Shown here piece after piece: positions 1 through 12,308 of a stretch of 64,000 nt of DNA (positions are counted from its first letter, which is position 1; each line of letters starts with the position of its first letter). The position numbers were made by a program, and so were the translations under genes. The notes under the pieces were generated by a model that ran no database searches, was not told the DNA's origin, and saw only the letters and a program-made list of their open reading frames with translations. The DNA lies in assembly GCF_037042905.1 (NCBI RefSeq), contig NC_087251.1:21888001-21952000 (forward strand), in the 5' to 3' direction. Source of the stretch: Lytechinus pictus (taxonomy: Eukaryota).

Positions 1-529
1 CACCATCCTTAGGCTCCTCTGCTCATCAGCATTTCAGAACGTCGTGACATTTTGATACATCCACAAGAGGAGTTGGAGTCCTGATTGATTTGTCGTAGAA
101 TGTCGGGAAGAGATTGATTCATGAGAGTTTGAAATACAGAGAACTGATTGATTCTATAGAGAAATATGTGATATATGTCATTCAGCTTAATGCAATGTAG
201 AATGAGCCAAACATTTTCAGAGGGCTAAACATGGCGTATCGAGCAAAATTTTTTAAAAGCTACGAGCAAGTAAAAAACTTGACCTTTTTCATAAAAAACA
301 TGAATTTTGTGATAGATTGTGACATAATAATATAACAATTAACATATACCATATTTTACCCTTTTTCCCTTTTCCTACTGTGCATATGAAAGAAAACGTA
401 ATGCTTGAATATTGTCCCATAATGTGTTCAGAATCATGAAATACAGGACAAAATGGCATCCCTGACATGGTCGTGGGACACGGGACAAATTGCTGAAATA
501 CAGAAATGTCTCTTGAAATCTGGGACATA

Positions 530-676
530 TGGGGAGCGTTTCATCAACATTTTTGTCCAACAAGTTGTCAGGTCGGACAACTTTCCTTGGTGTTGATTGG
601 CTAAGACGCTCTGTTACCCTGGATGGGACTTGTCGGATAAAACATCTGACAAGTCCTTTCATGAAACGTTCCCCTG
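530..676. mobile_element. Short MITE with GGGGAGCGTTTCAT-type TIRs
   Basis: ggggagcgtttcat (531) is inverted to atgaaacgttcccc (661-674); internal gattggct; related copy at 55550-55654. Confidence 0.7.
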
Positions 677-1156
677 GTCAACCTGCTTGAGAGTGACCTT
701 GACATTTGCATGATTTTCAGCTCACATCCTAGGGCTCTTCAGCATTCATGAGATGAAGATTGTAAATGCTGTTTGTAGATTGCATTAGTCCGACCCGCCT
801 CACTTACGCTGCCAGTGACACAAATAAGGTTTGTTCTGCATAATGTAAAAGTGGTAATTTCTTTTAAGTTTGAACTATTGGCTTTTGAAGGTAAGAAAAA
901 AAAAGAAACATAGTAAATAATATTGTTTATCAATATTAGCCCAGACTTATGGATTAGTCTTTGTGTTGGGAGAAGCCACTCATTTATATCAATGTAAAGC
1001 AAATAAATGGCATATGTTGACAGTATGCACGATTGGTGTTTCTGCTCATACTCATAAATAATTCATGCTCTTTTTGTTTTGCCAGAAAACACTCATTCTG
1101 TTTTGTTGGTAGGCAAGTTTGCTCTTAATCACTCTTCAGAATGGGAAATAACTTTA

Positions 1157-1436
1157 AGGCCTGGTTCCACTGGCCGACAGACACAAAACGTATTCATAAC
1201 AGATACAGCGGACAAGCAAAATTTCAGGATGGCTCTATCCGTTTTCATCCACTCTAGACAATGGACAAAACGGGCGAACAATGAAATCTCAGTGGACGGA
1301 TGCTTGATGGCTATAGAGTGTATGAAACACGTATGCAAAGAGTACACAACGGAAACATAACGTTTTCCAGCGGATGGCAAGATTTCTTTCCGTTTTACAT
1401 CCTCTCTGCATCTGTAAGTGCAGTGGGACCAAGCCT
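1157..1436. mobile_element. PIF/Harbinger-like MITE
   Basis: TIRs aggcctggttccactg / cagtgggaccaagcct, with TTA on both sides (1154-56, 1437-39); internal short acgga/tccgt repeats. Confidence 0.8.
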
Positions 1437-1524
1437 TTACCTTCATCCCATATCCTTGCTGAAATTCTACTTACATGTAACAATTGGGAGTGGATTATAT
1501 GGACAAAGTCGTGATTTCAATATA

Positions 1525-1748
1525 ATGATAATTGTACATTTATGTTGCAGAATTTCTATATGTATATACTCAACTGCGCATTACAATAATATTATTATTA
1601 CCCTGGCTATAGCCGTATTATCTACAGGCGCTCTGGCATTCGAGGATTTGTTTCCTACTGGGTACCCATTCACCTCACCTGGGTTGAGTGCAACACAATG
1701 TGGGTGAATTTCTTGCTGAAGGAAAACATGCGATGGCTGGGGAATCAT
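1525..1748 (-). mobile_element. 5'-truncated tRNA-derived SINE
   Basis: Minus strand reads gattccccagcc (B-box remnant) ...ccttcagcaagaaattcacccacattg...caacccaggtgaggtgaatgggtacc, a core resembling metazoan SINE central domains, then an AT-rich tail. Confidence 0.65.
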
Positions 1749-2068
1749 ATTTAATGTCTCGTATTTCTTTGACTTTGTACACAAAATGTTGCAAACCTTT
1801 GTTGCTCTATTATTGACAATATATTAACACTCTTATCAAGTGTTGGTAGCAAAAAATGTTGATCTGAATCTGATGAAATATAGTGCCATACTGTCTGCCT
1901 TGAATACCAGTGCATGATCATTTCACTCATGATTTCTGGTAAATTGTAACATTTTTCCTGAAATTCAAGTGATTTCTTACCAACATGTCAGTGGGCATGT
2001 GATGTAAAAAAAAACAATTAGATTATGAGTTATTTGGCGAAGACATCTTTCCTTTGTTTTAAAGTTAA

Positions 2069-2914
2069 CTCTGCCCGCCACGGACGACTCGGGGCACATA
2101 CAGCGGACTGCCAACGACGACTCAAGTCACAGTTCGCACACAATGCATATACGGAACGCATTTAATTGTAATTGTGTGCACACACATACAATAGCGACGC
2201 GTGTATTGCATTGTTTATGAATCTAGCTTTCGTGTTATAGCTTTCGCTTACGTTGTTTACATAGAGATTTTTCGCGTAAAATTGGGTTTTTTGAACTGCT
2301 TTAGGATATATTTCGATGAGCTTTCAATAGCTTGCACTGCTTTCCTTGTAATAAAAGAATGATACAAATTGCCACCTCCCTATAACAGTAAGGGGATCAA
2401 AGTATCAATAGACGGGGAGTCTCCCAGGACCGGAAGTCTATTGAGAAGTAGCCAGGGACAATTTCAATAGAAGAGTTTAGTTCATTGTCAGTTTACTCTT
2501 TTTGAATGCCCCATTTCAATCCTAAACTGCTTAGCTCATAATGACCATAAAGACATGGATTTGGTATGTAATGAAAGCTAAAGAACACATCTTTTCAATG
2601 GACTAATTTAGAAATTTAATCTTCATTAGGAAGTATTGAATATAAGAGGTATAAAATCCCCTCCTAAACGAAAAATTTGAAACAGAATGTAAAGTTAAAA
2701 TTCTCAAAGTCTATGATTTTATACATAGCAAAAATGATACCATTGGCAAGAATATTCATTTCTCTAAAACTTTGCTACACAATTTTTTTCAATACGACAA
2801 ACCAGTAAAAAGTTATTGCGAGTTGAATAAGACAGTGCACGCAAACCCCCTCTGAATGTGGCACCCCAAAATTAATGTGGCGCAGGGGGGATAGTGTACG
2901 TGGCGGGCAAAGAG
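2069..2914. mobile_element. Non-autonomous piggyBac-like DNA transposon
   Basis: TTAA at 2065-68 and 2915-18; TIRs ctctgcccgccacg / cgtggcgggcaaagag; no transposase ORF. Confidence 0.8.
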
Positions 2915-4446
2915 TTAAGAAATGAACATGTCATGTCTATATCAATTGAGATACATGTGATTTTTTTTTCCACCTCTCATCAATTGATGCAAAAAAAATC
3001 ACAAGATCTTTAATTTTAAACTTTGCCCTCAAATGTATCATATATTTCAACCTCTACATCTTTTATTCATGATTAATCTAAAGATGCCTTTCCCTTTGAG
3101 AGTATTCTGAAAATAATATTCATTCAGAATGAATTGGGAGAAACAACAACTAATGGTTGAAATTCCAGTGACGTTAGAGATTTATATTTGATTTTTGCTG
3201 AAAGTGGCTTTATAACTCAGATTATTAGCAAAGAATGCAGTCAATTTACTACATTAATCCACTTGGCTTCTTCATATTTGCAGTGAACTTGTGCCGTAAT
3301 GGTATCCCCCTATCAAAAGGCAGCACTGATGATGGCACAATAAGTATGAGGGAGTATTAATTTTGGGTCATAATACAGTGTAATAGTCTTATTGGGTTTG
3401 AACAGTTTTGGAACCAGGAAGGGGTGGGGGGGGGTCAAAGGGGCCTTATTTACATCCAGTTTAGATGACATTTTCAAAATCATGCTTGTATGATTTTCTT
3501 AATTCATTCAACTCAAGCTCTCCATTTGTTGTTGGCCTAGACTTGACCTTCAAATGAAAAAGATATTTTTGCTTACAAGATTACAAGGAGACATTTGTCA
3601 TTTCATTGAAATAAGGTCCCTAAATTTTATATTGTTTTACTCTATGGTATCCGGTGTGGGTGGCCGCGTATTGACAGCAATGTCAGAAGCTTTCATTCAC
3701 TTATCAACCAATCACGTTTTGTTTGTCTTCCTGTTTCAAGAGCAATGTACTTGACATTCCTCTTCAGTGTCTATCAAAAAAACTTCCCATATTCATACAG
3801 CTGATGTTGTATGATATGACATATGACCTAAAATTCTCTTTTTTTCCATTACAAGGTGTTATATGAATGGTAGTATATTCACTTATATACAGTAGTTATC
3901 TTCTTAGGTTCCATACGATGCATGCAATAATGATTACTTTATTTTGGTAAGTGTGAATGATCAAACCTCAAGGATTAGAGTATCTTTATTTTCAAAAGCA
4001 CTGTACAACTAAAATAACAGAATCCCATCCACACCCTCCACTAATGCTGTAGTTCTCATTTACTTAAGTTGTAGAACTGGTCTGGGATTTTTTTGTTGTT
4101 GCCCAGTATCAGAAATTAATTTGTTTTTTACAAGAAACCTTGATCTTTACTTTTTACATAGAACGTGTCTTTTCTTGTTAGTGTTCTTGATATGTGGTGT
4201 GGGATGATTCTTGGACTAACAAGGAATGAACTTTCCATTTCCTGAATTGCCTTTGAAATAATGTAACTCTTTCTTTTTTAAATATTTTTTTTCTTTATAC
4301 TAATTCCTTTAGCTTAAAATTAACCTTTTCTTTGAGAACATAACCTAGAATAATCGCTAGAGGGTATTCATTTGTCTCGCAATCTACTATGGTCAACAAG
4401 GAAATTCGTGATCACTCTCGCAAAAAGTGTTCACTAGCTTACAAGT

Positions 4447-4487
4447 TCACGAGCTTTCGAGTGCCGCTGCAACTCTTTATCAAGTGA
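4447..4487 (-). ncRNA. Minimal type I hammerhead ribozyme motif in the PLE pseudo-LTR
   Basis: Minus strand: ucac UUGAUAA a gag-u-ugc agcg gca-cuc GAAA gc UC guga; helix I ucac/guga, helix II gag(u)ugc/gcacuc, minimal helix III. Confidence 0.8.
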
Positions 4488-4643
4488 CGAAAATTATCTG
4501 ATACGGTAGTCTATTTATACCAATCCCCAGGACCGAACGCGGGAACAATAGGTGGGCACTGATCCGTTATGTGATTGGTCGGGCGTATATGCAAATAAGC
4601 CGGAGGTATATGCAAATACGCCGCGAGTCGGCAATATGCAAAT
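4482..4643 (-). promoter_or_regulatory. Putative Pol II promoter in the PLE pseudo-LTR
   Basis: Octamers ATGCAAAT at 4589, 4610 and 4636; CCAAT on minus at 4573-78; TATAAATA on minus at 4512-19; Inr-like TCACTT at 4482-87. Confidence 0.55.
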
Positions 4644-4664
4644 AAGACAAAATTGGCGGGCTCG

Positions 4665-5850
4665 CTAGTTTCCCGTGGGTGGGGGTTGACTAGCTGAGCG
4701 GTCCCTCGCTCGGGGCCGGGATCGGTCGGGTCGGCGTGCACTGCCAGGTAAGGGGGTATTGTGCTGTTGGATGGTTCGCATCCAGAAATTGGGGATGTCA
4801 ATCCCGCTGTCTCTGTTGAAGTTGTTAGGACAAAGACGTATACTAATAGCCTCCTTAATCCTGCGTGTATACCAATGTCTTTCTTTGGCAACGCAATGTA
4901 CACCCTTCCAATCTGGGTGGTGTTGCTTCTCCCAAGCATGTTCTGCCACCGCGGATGTGTCGGTTCGCTGTAACCGAACATCGGGCTTGTGTTCAGAAAT
5001 GCGTTCAATTATCGGTCGGGCTGTTTCACCGATGTAAGACCCGTCACATCCCTGGCAAGGAATATTGTATACTACGCCATCACGTCTGTGATCAGGGATG
5101 GGGTCTTTGGGGTGCACAAGCTGTTTGTGTAGGGTGGTGTCCGAGCGGAAAACCGTTCGGATACCGTGACCTTCTAATCGGCGTTTGAGTTGTGGTGAAA
5201 GACCATCTATGTATGGCAAGACTGTGCAAGTCTTGAAAACCTTCTGATCCCTTGGCGGTTGTTTGTTCTTGAAAGTGTTCTCGATAAAACGGCGTGGGTA
5301 GCCGTTGCTGTATAAGGCGCCACGTATGTGTGCTCTTTCTTTCGGGAGTTCAGGTGGGTGAGTTATAAGACGTGCTGCTCTGTCGAACAGGCATTTAACA
5401 AGACCCTTCTTGACTGATTTGTCATGATGAGAATCATATGGAATGTATTGGTCTGTATGAGTGGGCTTGCGGTAGACAGAGGTGGAGAGTTTCCCGCCCT
5501 CATGTCTTTGGACTAGCGTGTCAAGGAATGCTAATTTCCCTCCTTGCTCAGTCTCCAGAGTGAACTGGATGGACGGTTGCTGGCTATTCATGTATGCGAG
5601 TAGGCTGTCCGTTTTGGAACTATTTACAATTATGAAAGTGTCATCGACATATCTCTTCCACACCTGAGGGCGGCATGTGGGAGGACACTTGGGCAAGGCG
5701 TTCTGTTCAAACCTTCCATATATAGGTTAGCCACAACCGCTGAGACTGGGCTACCCATCGCTGCTCCTTCTGTTTGCTCATAGAAAGAGCCTCTGTACAG
5801 AAAATATGTGGATCTGAGGACGAACTCCAGGAGTTCGGCTATTTGTTCGG
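4665..5850 (-). pseudogene. Penelope-like reverse transcriptase (C-terminal half) + GIY-YIG endonuclease, one frameshift
   Basis: Motifs GAAMGSPVSAVVANLYME, WKRYVDDTF, LAFLD, VYRKPTHTDQY and GVVYNIPCQGCDGSYIGET...R..EH; ORFs 5630-5863 and 4665-5696 join if a 1-bp deletion near 5712 is restored (ME-x-FEQNALPKC). Confidence 0.95.
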
Positions 5851-8458
5851 CGAGAGTGATCACGAATTTCCTAGAAAGCTAGTGAACACTTTTTGCGAGA
5901 GTGATCACAAATTTCCTTGTTGACCATAGTAGATTGCGAGACAAATGAATACCCTCTAGCGATTATTTCATTCCGCAATAATGAACCTATTTAGTATAAC
6001 CTAGAATAGTTTATAGAAAATTGCAAGATTTCATTCTTATATGTGGGCCATCCTGGGAAAGTGGGTATTATAGGTGAAATTTTGGATTTTGGTTTTTTTA
6101 TGTTTTCTGGTACATGGACACATGTACAATGTGTATACAAAATATTAGAGTCTAATTCATATTTAAATTAGAGATATGGCCAATTGAATCAGGGGTACCC
6201 CCCCCCCCCCTGCCTGGCTGTGTGGGTCGTCATGGTAGTCGGGCTTATTATTAATCTTTTCATGATAAGGAAATGTTGGTTCTTTTGTAACGCCCAACAT
6301 ACCTGGCATAGGCGAGGTGATCTTTTGTAGTGCAGACATAATTTTTATATATACACAGCTAGGCGAATACAATAAAACAAATTATTCTACATATTCAACC
6401 ACACCCACACTAGAACCCACACCCACACACTCACATTACATGCAAAAAAAAAACCCTTATGGAGACTATTTGTCATACTATATATAGTTCGTCATAGCGC
6501 GTAGTTTTAACATGGGAGGAGGTTCCCAGATCCAATGACCAGGGGCAGATGGTGTTGGGTTATTCATCTGATTTTTTTGTTGTTGGGGGGGGGGGGGGCA
6601 GCTTATCATTTTTTTTTGGGGGGGGTGCCCACCCCCACAGGCGCCGCAGAACATTTTTTTGAAAATGGGAGGGGCTGTCCATGCAAAAGAAAAAAAATCA
6701 CAATCAAATGGTAATTTTTTACATGTTTATACATGCGTTCTGGGGAAAAAAAAGGGGGCCAAAGCCCCTGCCCACCTCCATCCTAGATTTGTCCCTGCCC
6801 TTAACCCCCCCCCAAAAAAAAAGACACCACCTTGCTGTTTGTCCATACTTCACTTTCTCTCAAAGTAAAATCTAAAAAAAAAATCATGCTTAAGCTTTGG
6901 AAAATAACCACAAACAAAATTCAATTTTGCAAAACCAAGTTTTTTTCGGTGGCAATACACAATAGTGAAAAGCTGATGCGAGCTACATTTCATAAAGATT
7001 TAATATGACAGCAACTCTTGATGAAATATCAACTTTCATTGAACTAGCAAATCAGGAAGCAGAAGGTTCACTGTTTTCATGGTAGTTTTCATTCGAGCAA
7101 GGGATCATATCAACATTTAATGAAATGGGCCACATTTGGTTTATTTTTAGGGATGGGGTAGTCATGAAAATATATTTCACAAATTGCTGCCAAATTATCT
7201 GGATCACTGAAGGATTTTTTTTTTGGTGACTTCGTTTGTAAAGAAGAATAAAACTGTGCATAAAAACTTGGCTCCACATATTAATACGACAGGTATTATA
7301 ACTAACAAATACTCACAAATACATAGTCATCTTTTCTCTGCTACACTCTGTACACGTGTGTAATGATATGCGTTGTAAACATCTTATGCTTGAATAAAAA
7401 AATAATATCAGAGTTTAATTCTTGATATGGAAGAGACTACATACATTTACTCTCTTCTATGCAGCAGTATTAGCAAAACTCAGGAATGTGCATTGCTCTC
7501 CACTGTCCAAATTTGCACTAAAAAGGATATAAAACACGATAATCTCTCCTTAGTGTGTGTGTTTAACATTATCACAAACTTCTTAATACAGCAGCAAACT
7601 TACCACATTTCAATTTTCTACAATGACATCCTTCTAATCGGTTAGCAAACGTTACAGATTAAGTTTAATTTTTTTTATCGAAAAACTTCAGAGTTTGTTC
7701 ATTCAAAGTAAAACATTTATTCATTGTTAAATTTCCTCTCCTACCGGGGAGGCCGCTCTATTTGGAAAATCCAGTTGATAGCTTATCTGGGAGTATCTGA
7801 GAGACTATGTCAGCAGGGTTCACCAAAGGGGATAATTTTCTTCCTCTACATTGTGTGCTTTCTTCATGTTCCAGTCTTAAAAATACCACGTTCCGATGAC
7901 TCAAATCTACATGTTTGATGAATGCAATTGAAAAGTTCACCGATATTAATGTGTTATAAAAACAGTCACATTACACTCTCATTTCTTCATGATTCATGGA
8001 CATTTATCAACAACATGATATTTAAAATACATTAACTTTTCACTCTTTGGCTTTGTGTAAATGGTACTTGTATTTCTAATAAAGGTGGAAGTACTCCCTG
8101 ATGTCATATTTTTCTACCAAAAATAATAAGATTTAACTATTGCTGGGTAAAAAAAATCCCTCCAAAATTCATGAGATGTTCATATTTAAATGTTTAATTT
8201 TGATATATCACTTGCAAAAAGCTTTCTCTGCATGAGCCTTTATCCAAATTCTATATATTTTTTTCATTTTTTATTGTTTTTATCATTTTATACTTTTTAT
8301 ATTTTCCATAATTCTAGATTTCATGTACTAATAGTGGTAAAATTAATTTTGAAACAATATCTTATAAAACGGCAATTAATTCGTGAAAAACTGACATGAT
8401 AAAGTCAAAACTGGCACACTATTTCCATATAGAATATGGATAAAGCATGGAAAGCTAC

Positions 8459-8591
8459 CTGAAGCTGTGGTAATGGTGAATCCCATATCAGAGTCTTAAA
8501 GTACTTCTTGAAGGGCTGCTGTCAGCTGTATGTTGGTTCTGAGATGTCTTGTCCTCACTGCACTAATACAGTTGCTCTGTAGATCCCGTGC
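8459..8591 (-). other. Candidate internal (probably 5'UTR) exon of a minus-strand host gene
   Basis: Acceptor ttttctttcgttgtgttaaacatgttaaag|GCACGG, donor TTCAG|gtagct; higher GC than its flanks. Confidence 0.35.
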
Positions 8592-9866
8592 CTTTAACAT
8601 GTTTAACACAACGAAAGAAAACAAGGCCAATTAGTTAACAAATTTTCAGAGTTAAAGTTTATTTAAAAAAAAAACACTACTTAAGAAAAAAAACTATAAA
8701 AAAAAACAATTAAAACTATAATTTTTTTTTTTCTTCAAAAATATGTCTTTTCATTTTTTTTTTAAATATTGAATGATTTTGTGTAGAAAGTTGGCGAACC
8801 TCATGTAATGTAGCTCGACCAGATTGTAGAAAAAAATTAAAAATACCCCCCACACCCGCCCCCAAAATATATTGTTATTTTTTAATAAATTTCTTATAAA
8901 TTGTGACAATCTGTTTTCTAGTTATAATTTCGATATCATTTGCACAGCTTTGGTGAAGCTCATACCAAATAGACCCCACCCCCTCCGAAAAAAAAAAAAA
9001 ATTTGAAATCAGAAGTCCGACAAATAAGAATTTGTTAGGAGAGGGGATTTGAAAAATGTCCATAATTAACCGATTTAAAAGGGTACTCCGAGCTGAAAAT
9101 AATTTCATCAAATGTAAGCAAATGCCGCAAATTTCATCAAAATCTGATAACAACTAGATCTAAAAGGGTTTTTCATGCATTATAAAAACAGTTATATGCA
9201 CGTCTTAATAAATATTCGTTAGATGGGCTGATGATGACACCCCACTTTAACTTTACTTATAACAAAAGATGAAATCATACTTATTTTATTTGGTCATACG
9301 TGTGTGAATGATATGTCACCTTTTTTGCATTAATTAATATCTAGTCTTGGAGGGGGGGGATAGCACAAACATAATTTCATGTAACAAGGTGAGACATCTT
9401 TGCATCAGTTTGTCAAGTAAATTCATAAAAACATGCATAGAACTGTTTCACCGAAATCCATATCTTTAAATTATCATAGCTCTTTTACTCCTTGTCCAAT
9501 TTTGATTTTTTTTAATATACATTTTTTACAAACTTGTTGCATGTGATAGATTTAACTTAAATGGTTACAAGTATGTAACGAAGGCCTATCTAAGTAGGTG
9601 CAGATCTAGATCTAGTTGATAGCCTAGGCATACATAAGTTAGATCTTAAAAAGGCCGTCAAAGTCCCGGACAAATACCGCGAATCGCTGCAGCAGTCGCA
9701 TGTAATTTGACGTTTAAAGTCGTTCCTAAAAAAGCTCTCTCTCGATCGATCCACATAAACACGCAAAACAAAATTCCCATTCACGTGTTTAGTTGCCATG
9801 TTCCTTGCATCGCAATTATCAATGAATTTAACAAAACAACTCAATCTGCAACATAATTTAACTTAC

Positions 9867-10120
9867 CTTCATGGATTTCAGCCAAGGGAATTAAATTCAA
9901 TCAACATGTATCCGAACCTGCCACCAAATATATCAAGCCGATATCCACAGTTCTGAAAAATAAAAATGCGCCTGACATTTTTGTTATTTCCCGCGGGTTG
10001 TTTGTTTTGTTTTTCCTCGCGACGCGCGCCAGACAAAAGTTTGATGACACACGTACTTAAATGACGTCCTAGCGCATTTATTGTCTCTCACCAATAGTCT
10101 GGTTTTTGCGCGACGCCACA
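9867..10120 (-). promoter_or_regulatory. Candidate CpG-rich promoter and first exon of a minus-strand host gene
   Basis: Strong donor AAG|gtaagt at 9867/9866; CpG cluster (cgcggg, cgcgacgcgcgcc, gcgcgacgcc), TGACGT and CCAAT at 9990-10120. Confidence 0.45.
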
Positions 10121-10164
10121 CATATGGTTTCCCTTTGTCAAGACTTCTAATTTATTCTTCTTAC

Positions 10165-10677
10165 AGTCTGTCCTTTTACTATCAATCCGTGATGATCTAG
10201 GCAGCCTGGATGGCACTGGGCGCTGGGTCTTTATATGGACTTTCATGGTGACTTATGTTCACTACAAGGATACCTCTAGGGCATTGGCCAAGATTGAGGT
10301 TTCTTTCCGTTTTGCGTGATCTGAAGCATATATGTATATTTCCATGAACACAGGCTATTGTTCATGCACGCACACATCAGAAAATTGTCGACCCAAGACA
10401 TAGCCGGTATTAATGGGGACCTCATGGTTCTTACATGGAGCCTCTCAGATGCATTTGGTAGCTACATGGATGTACAAAGGTGAACACAGATACATCCATG
10501 TACTCCGGAATGACAAATTGAATAGGTTCAATTTTTCTCCTGGATATGCTGGTACATTAAGGATGGCACAAGATGAATAGCCGATATGAACAAGGTAATC
10601 CCGGACTGTACACGGATTAATCCGGATTGACAGTCCAAGATGATACGTGTCGCATCCGTGAAGGTGTAAAAGGGGCT
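10165..10677. mobile_element. Degraded Harbinger-like MITE
   Basis: Right end ggtgtaaaaggggct followed by TTA; internal ccggat/cacgga/tccgtg repeats; left TIR unclear. Confidence 0.4.
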
Positions 10678-11411
10678 TTAGGATTATTAAACATGTGGGA
10701 TGTTTTTTAATTCACATTTAAGACAGTAAGATTCTGGCCATGATATTCAATTGTAGAAAAAGGCTCGCTCACGCTTTTAATGTTGCTGGTGATAAATATT
10801 ATGAATATCTGAATCACCAAAGTCATAGTAGAGTGACAAACCTCAGCTGAGAGAGGTATGCAATTTAACACAGTACCACATATAAATGATTCATTCAATT
10901 TCATTTATTCATTTTCCAGTAGTGATGAAATCTTCAAAAAAAAAATACAGTCACAAGTACATTGCAAAATATTATACGAAACATACAAAAGAGCAAACAT
11001 CAAAGGAAAAATGTAAATTTATGTGATAATGAAAGTATAATGTACCTATATTTGCCTGGGTCATCCTCTTTATAATTTTTAATATACTGTTATTTTTTGG
11101 ATGAATGGCTAACCAAACCAATTATGTAATGTTTTGTTTTAGAATTGTGTTTTATAGTTATAATCATGTAATGGGAGTTAAATATTTTATGATCTACCTA
11201 AAATCTTGAAAAGAGGAGTAATATCTAACATGAAAGGTATAAAAAGCAGAGTTTTCTGTTTATTCAAATGCATATGTTTAATTTATCTTCCCAATGTGTA
11301 AATTACAACATAATCCATCTATGACTACACCACATTTGTACTTAATCATAAGTACAGAGTACATTTAAGTACATTTACTTCTCCCTTTTATTAAGTATGT
11401 TTGATTGTTAA

Positions 11412-12013
11412 AGGTCAAGTCCACCCCAGAAAAATGTTGATTGGAATAAATAGAGAAAAATCAAACTAGCATAACACTGAAAATTGCATCAAAATCGGAT
11501 GTAAAATAAGAAAGTTATGGCATTTTAAAGTTTCGCTTATTTTTCACAAAATAGTGATATGCACAACTCAGTGACATGCAAATGAGTCATTCGATGATGT
11601 CCATCACTCACTATTTCTTTTGTTTTTTATTGTTTGAATTATACAATATTTCATTTTTACAGATTTGACCATAGGGACCGACTCAACTGAACCATATAAT
11701 ATTAAACAATGCTAATTCTACATGTTCGGCGAGGAATTAATCACTGTTTCACTTGACCATGAGGAGAAAATTAGAATATATCATATTTCATATAATAAAA
11801 TTCAAAAGAAATAGTGAGTGGATGACGTCATCATTCTCCTCATTTGCATACCAACCAGGATGTGCATATAAATGTTTTGTGAAATTAATCGAAATTTTAA
11901 AATGTCATAACTTTCTTATTTTACATCCGATTTTGATGAAATTTTTAGTGTTATGCTTGTAGGATTTTTCTCTTTTTATTCAAATCAATTTTTTGTTGGG
12001 GTGGACTTGTCCT
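11412..12013. mobile_element. Kolobok-like MITE with long TIRs
   Basis: TTAA at 11408-11 and 12014-17; termini aggtcaagtccacccca / tggggtggacttgtcct; inverted similarity extends about 200 bp. Confidence 0.9.
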
Positions 12014-12170
12014 TTAAAACATTTATTTTTTTTACTGCCTCTTGGAGGCACTCATCAGTGATTTTAGGCAAGAGAAAATACATTCTTTTGAATTATTTAC
12101 ATCCTGTGCATGCAAGAATGATAAAAAAAAACATGTGTACCCCCTTCGCCTTCTACTGGGGTTGGGCTTT

Positions 12171-12308
12171 TAATAATAATAATAATAATAATAATAGGCA
12201 TTTATATAGCACCATCTATCTAGATATATTCTATTCCAAGGCGCATTGTTTATTATTACCCCGGCTTTAGCTCGAGCTACCTTTCAGCGCTCAGTTCATT
12301 CAAGGAAT
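12171..12308 (-). mobile_element. 3' fragment of a SINE with L2-type tail and (TAT)n end
   Basis: Body attaccccggctttagc...cagcgctcag...attcaaggaat resembles the SINE at about 1600-1650; the tail closely matches the LINE 3' end at 17047-17106. Confidence 0.75.

Larger units (their letters stand above)
4353..5995 (-). mobile_element. 5'-truncated Penelope-like retroelement (Penelope/Poseidon type) with inverted pseudo-LTR
   Basis: RT + GIY-YIG coding region; 92-bp inverted repeat 4349-4440 / 5876-5967; 13-bp direct repeat ataacctagaata at 4340-52 and 5996-6008. Confidence 0.95.

Noticed and set aside
4511..5188. Overlapping ORFs 4511-5008, 4759-5037 and 4865-5188
   Set aside because: Alternative-frame shadows of the GC-rich PLE coding region with no recognisable motifs
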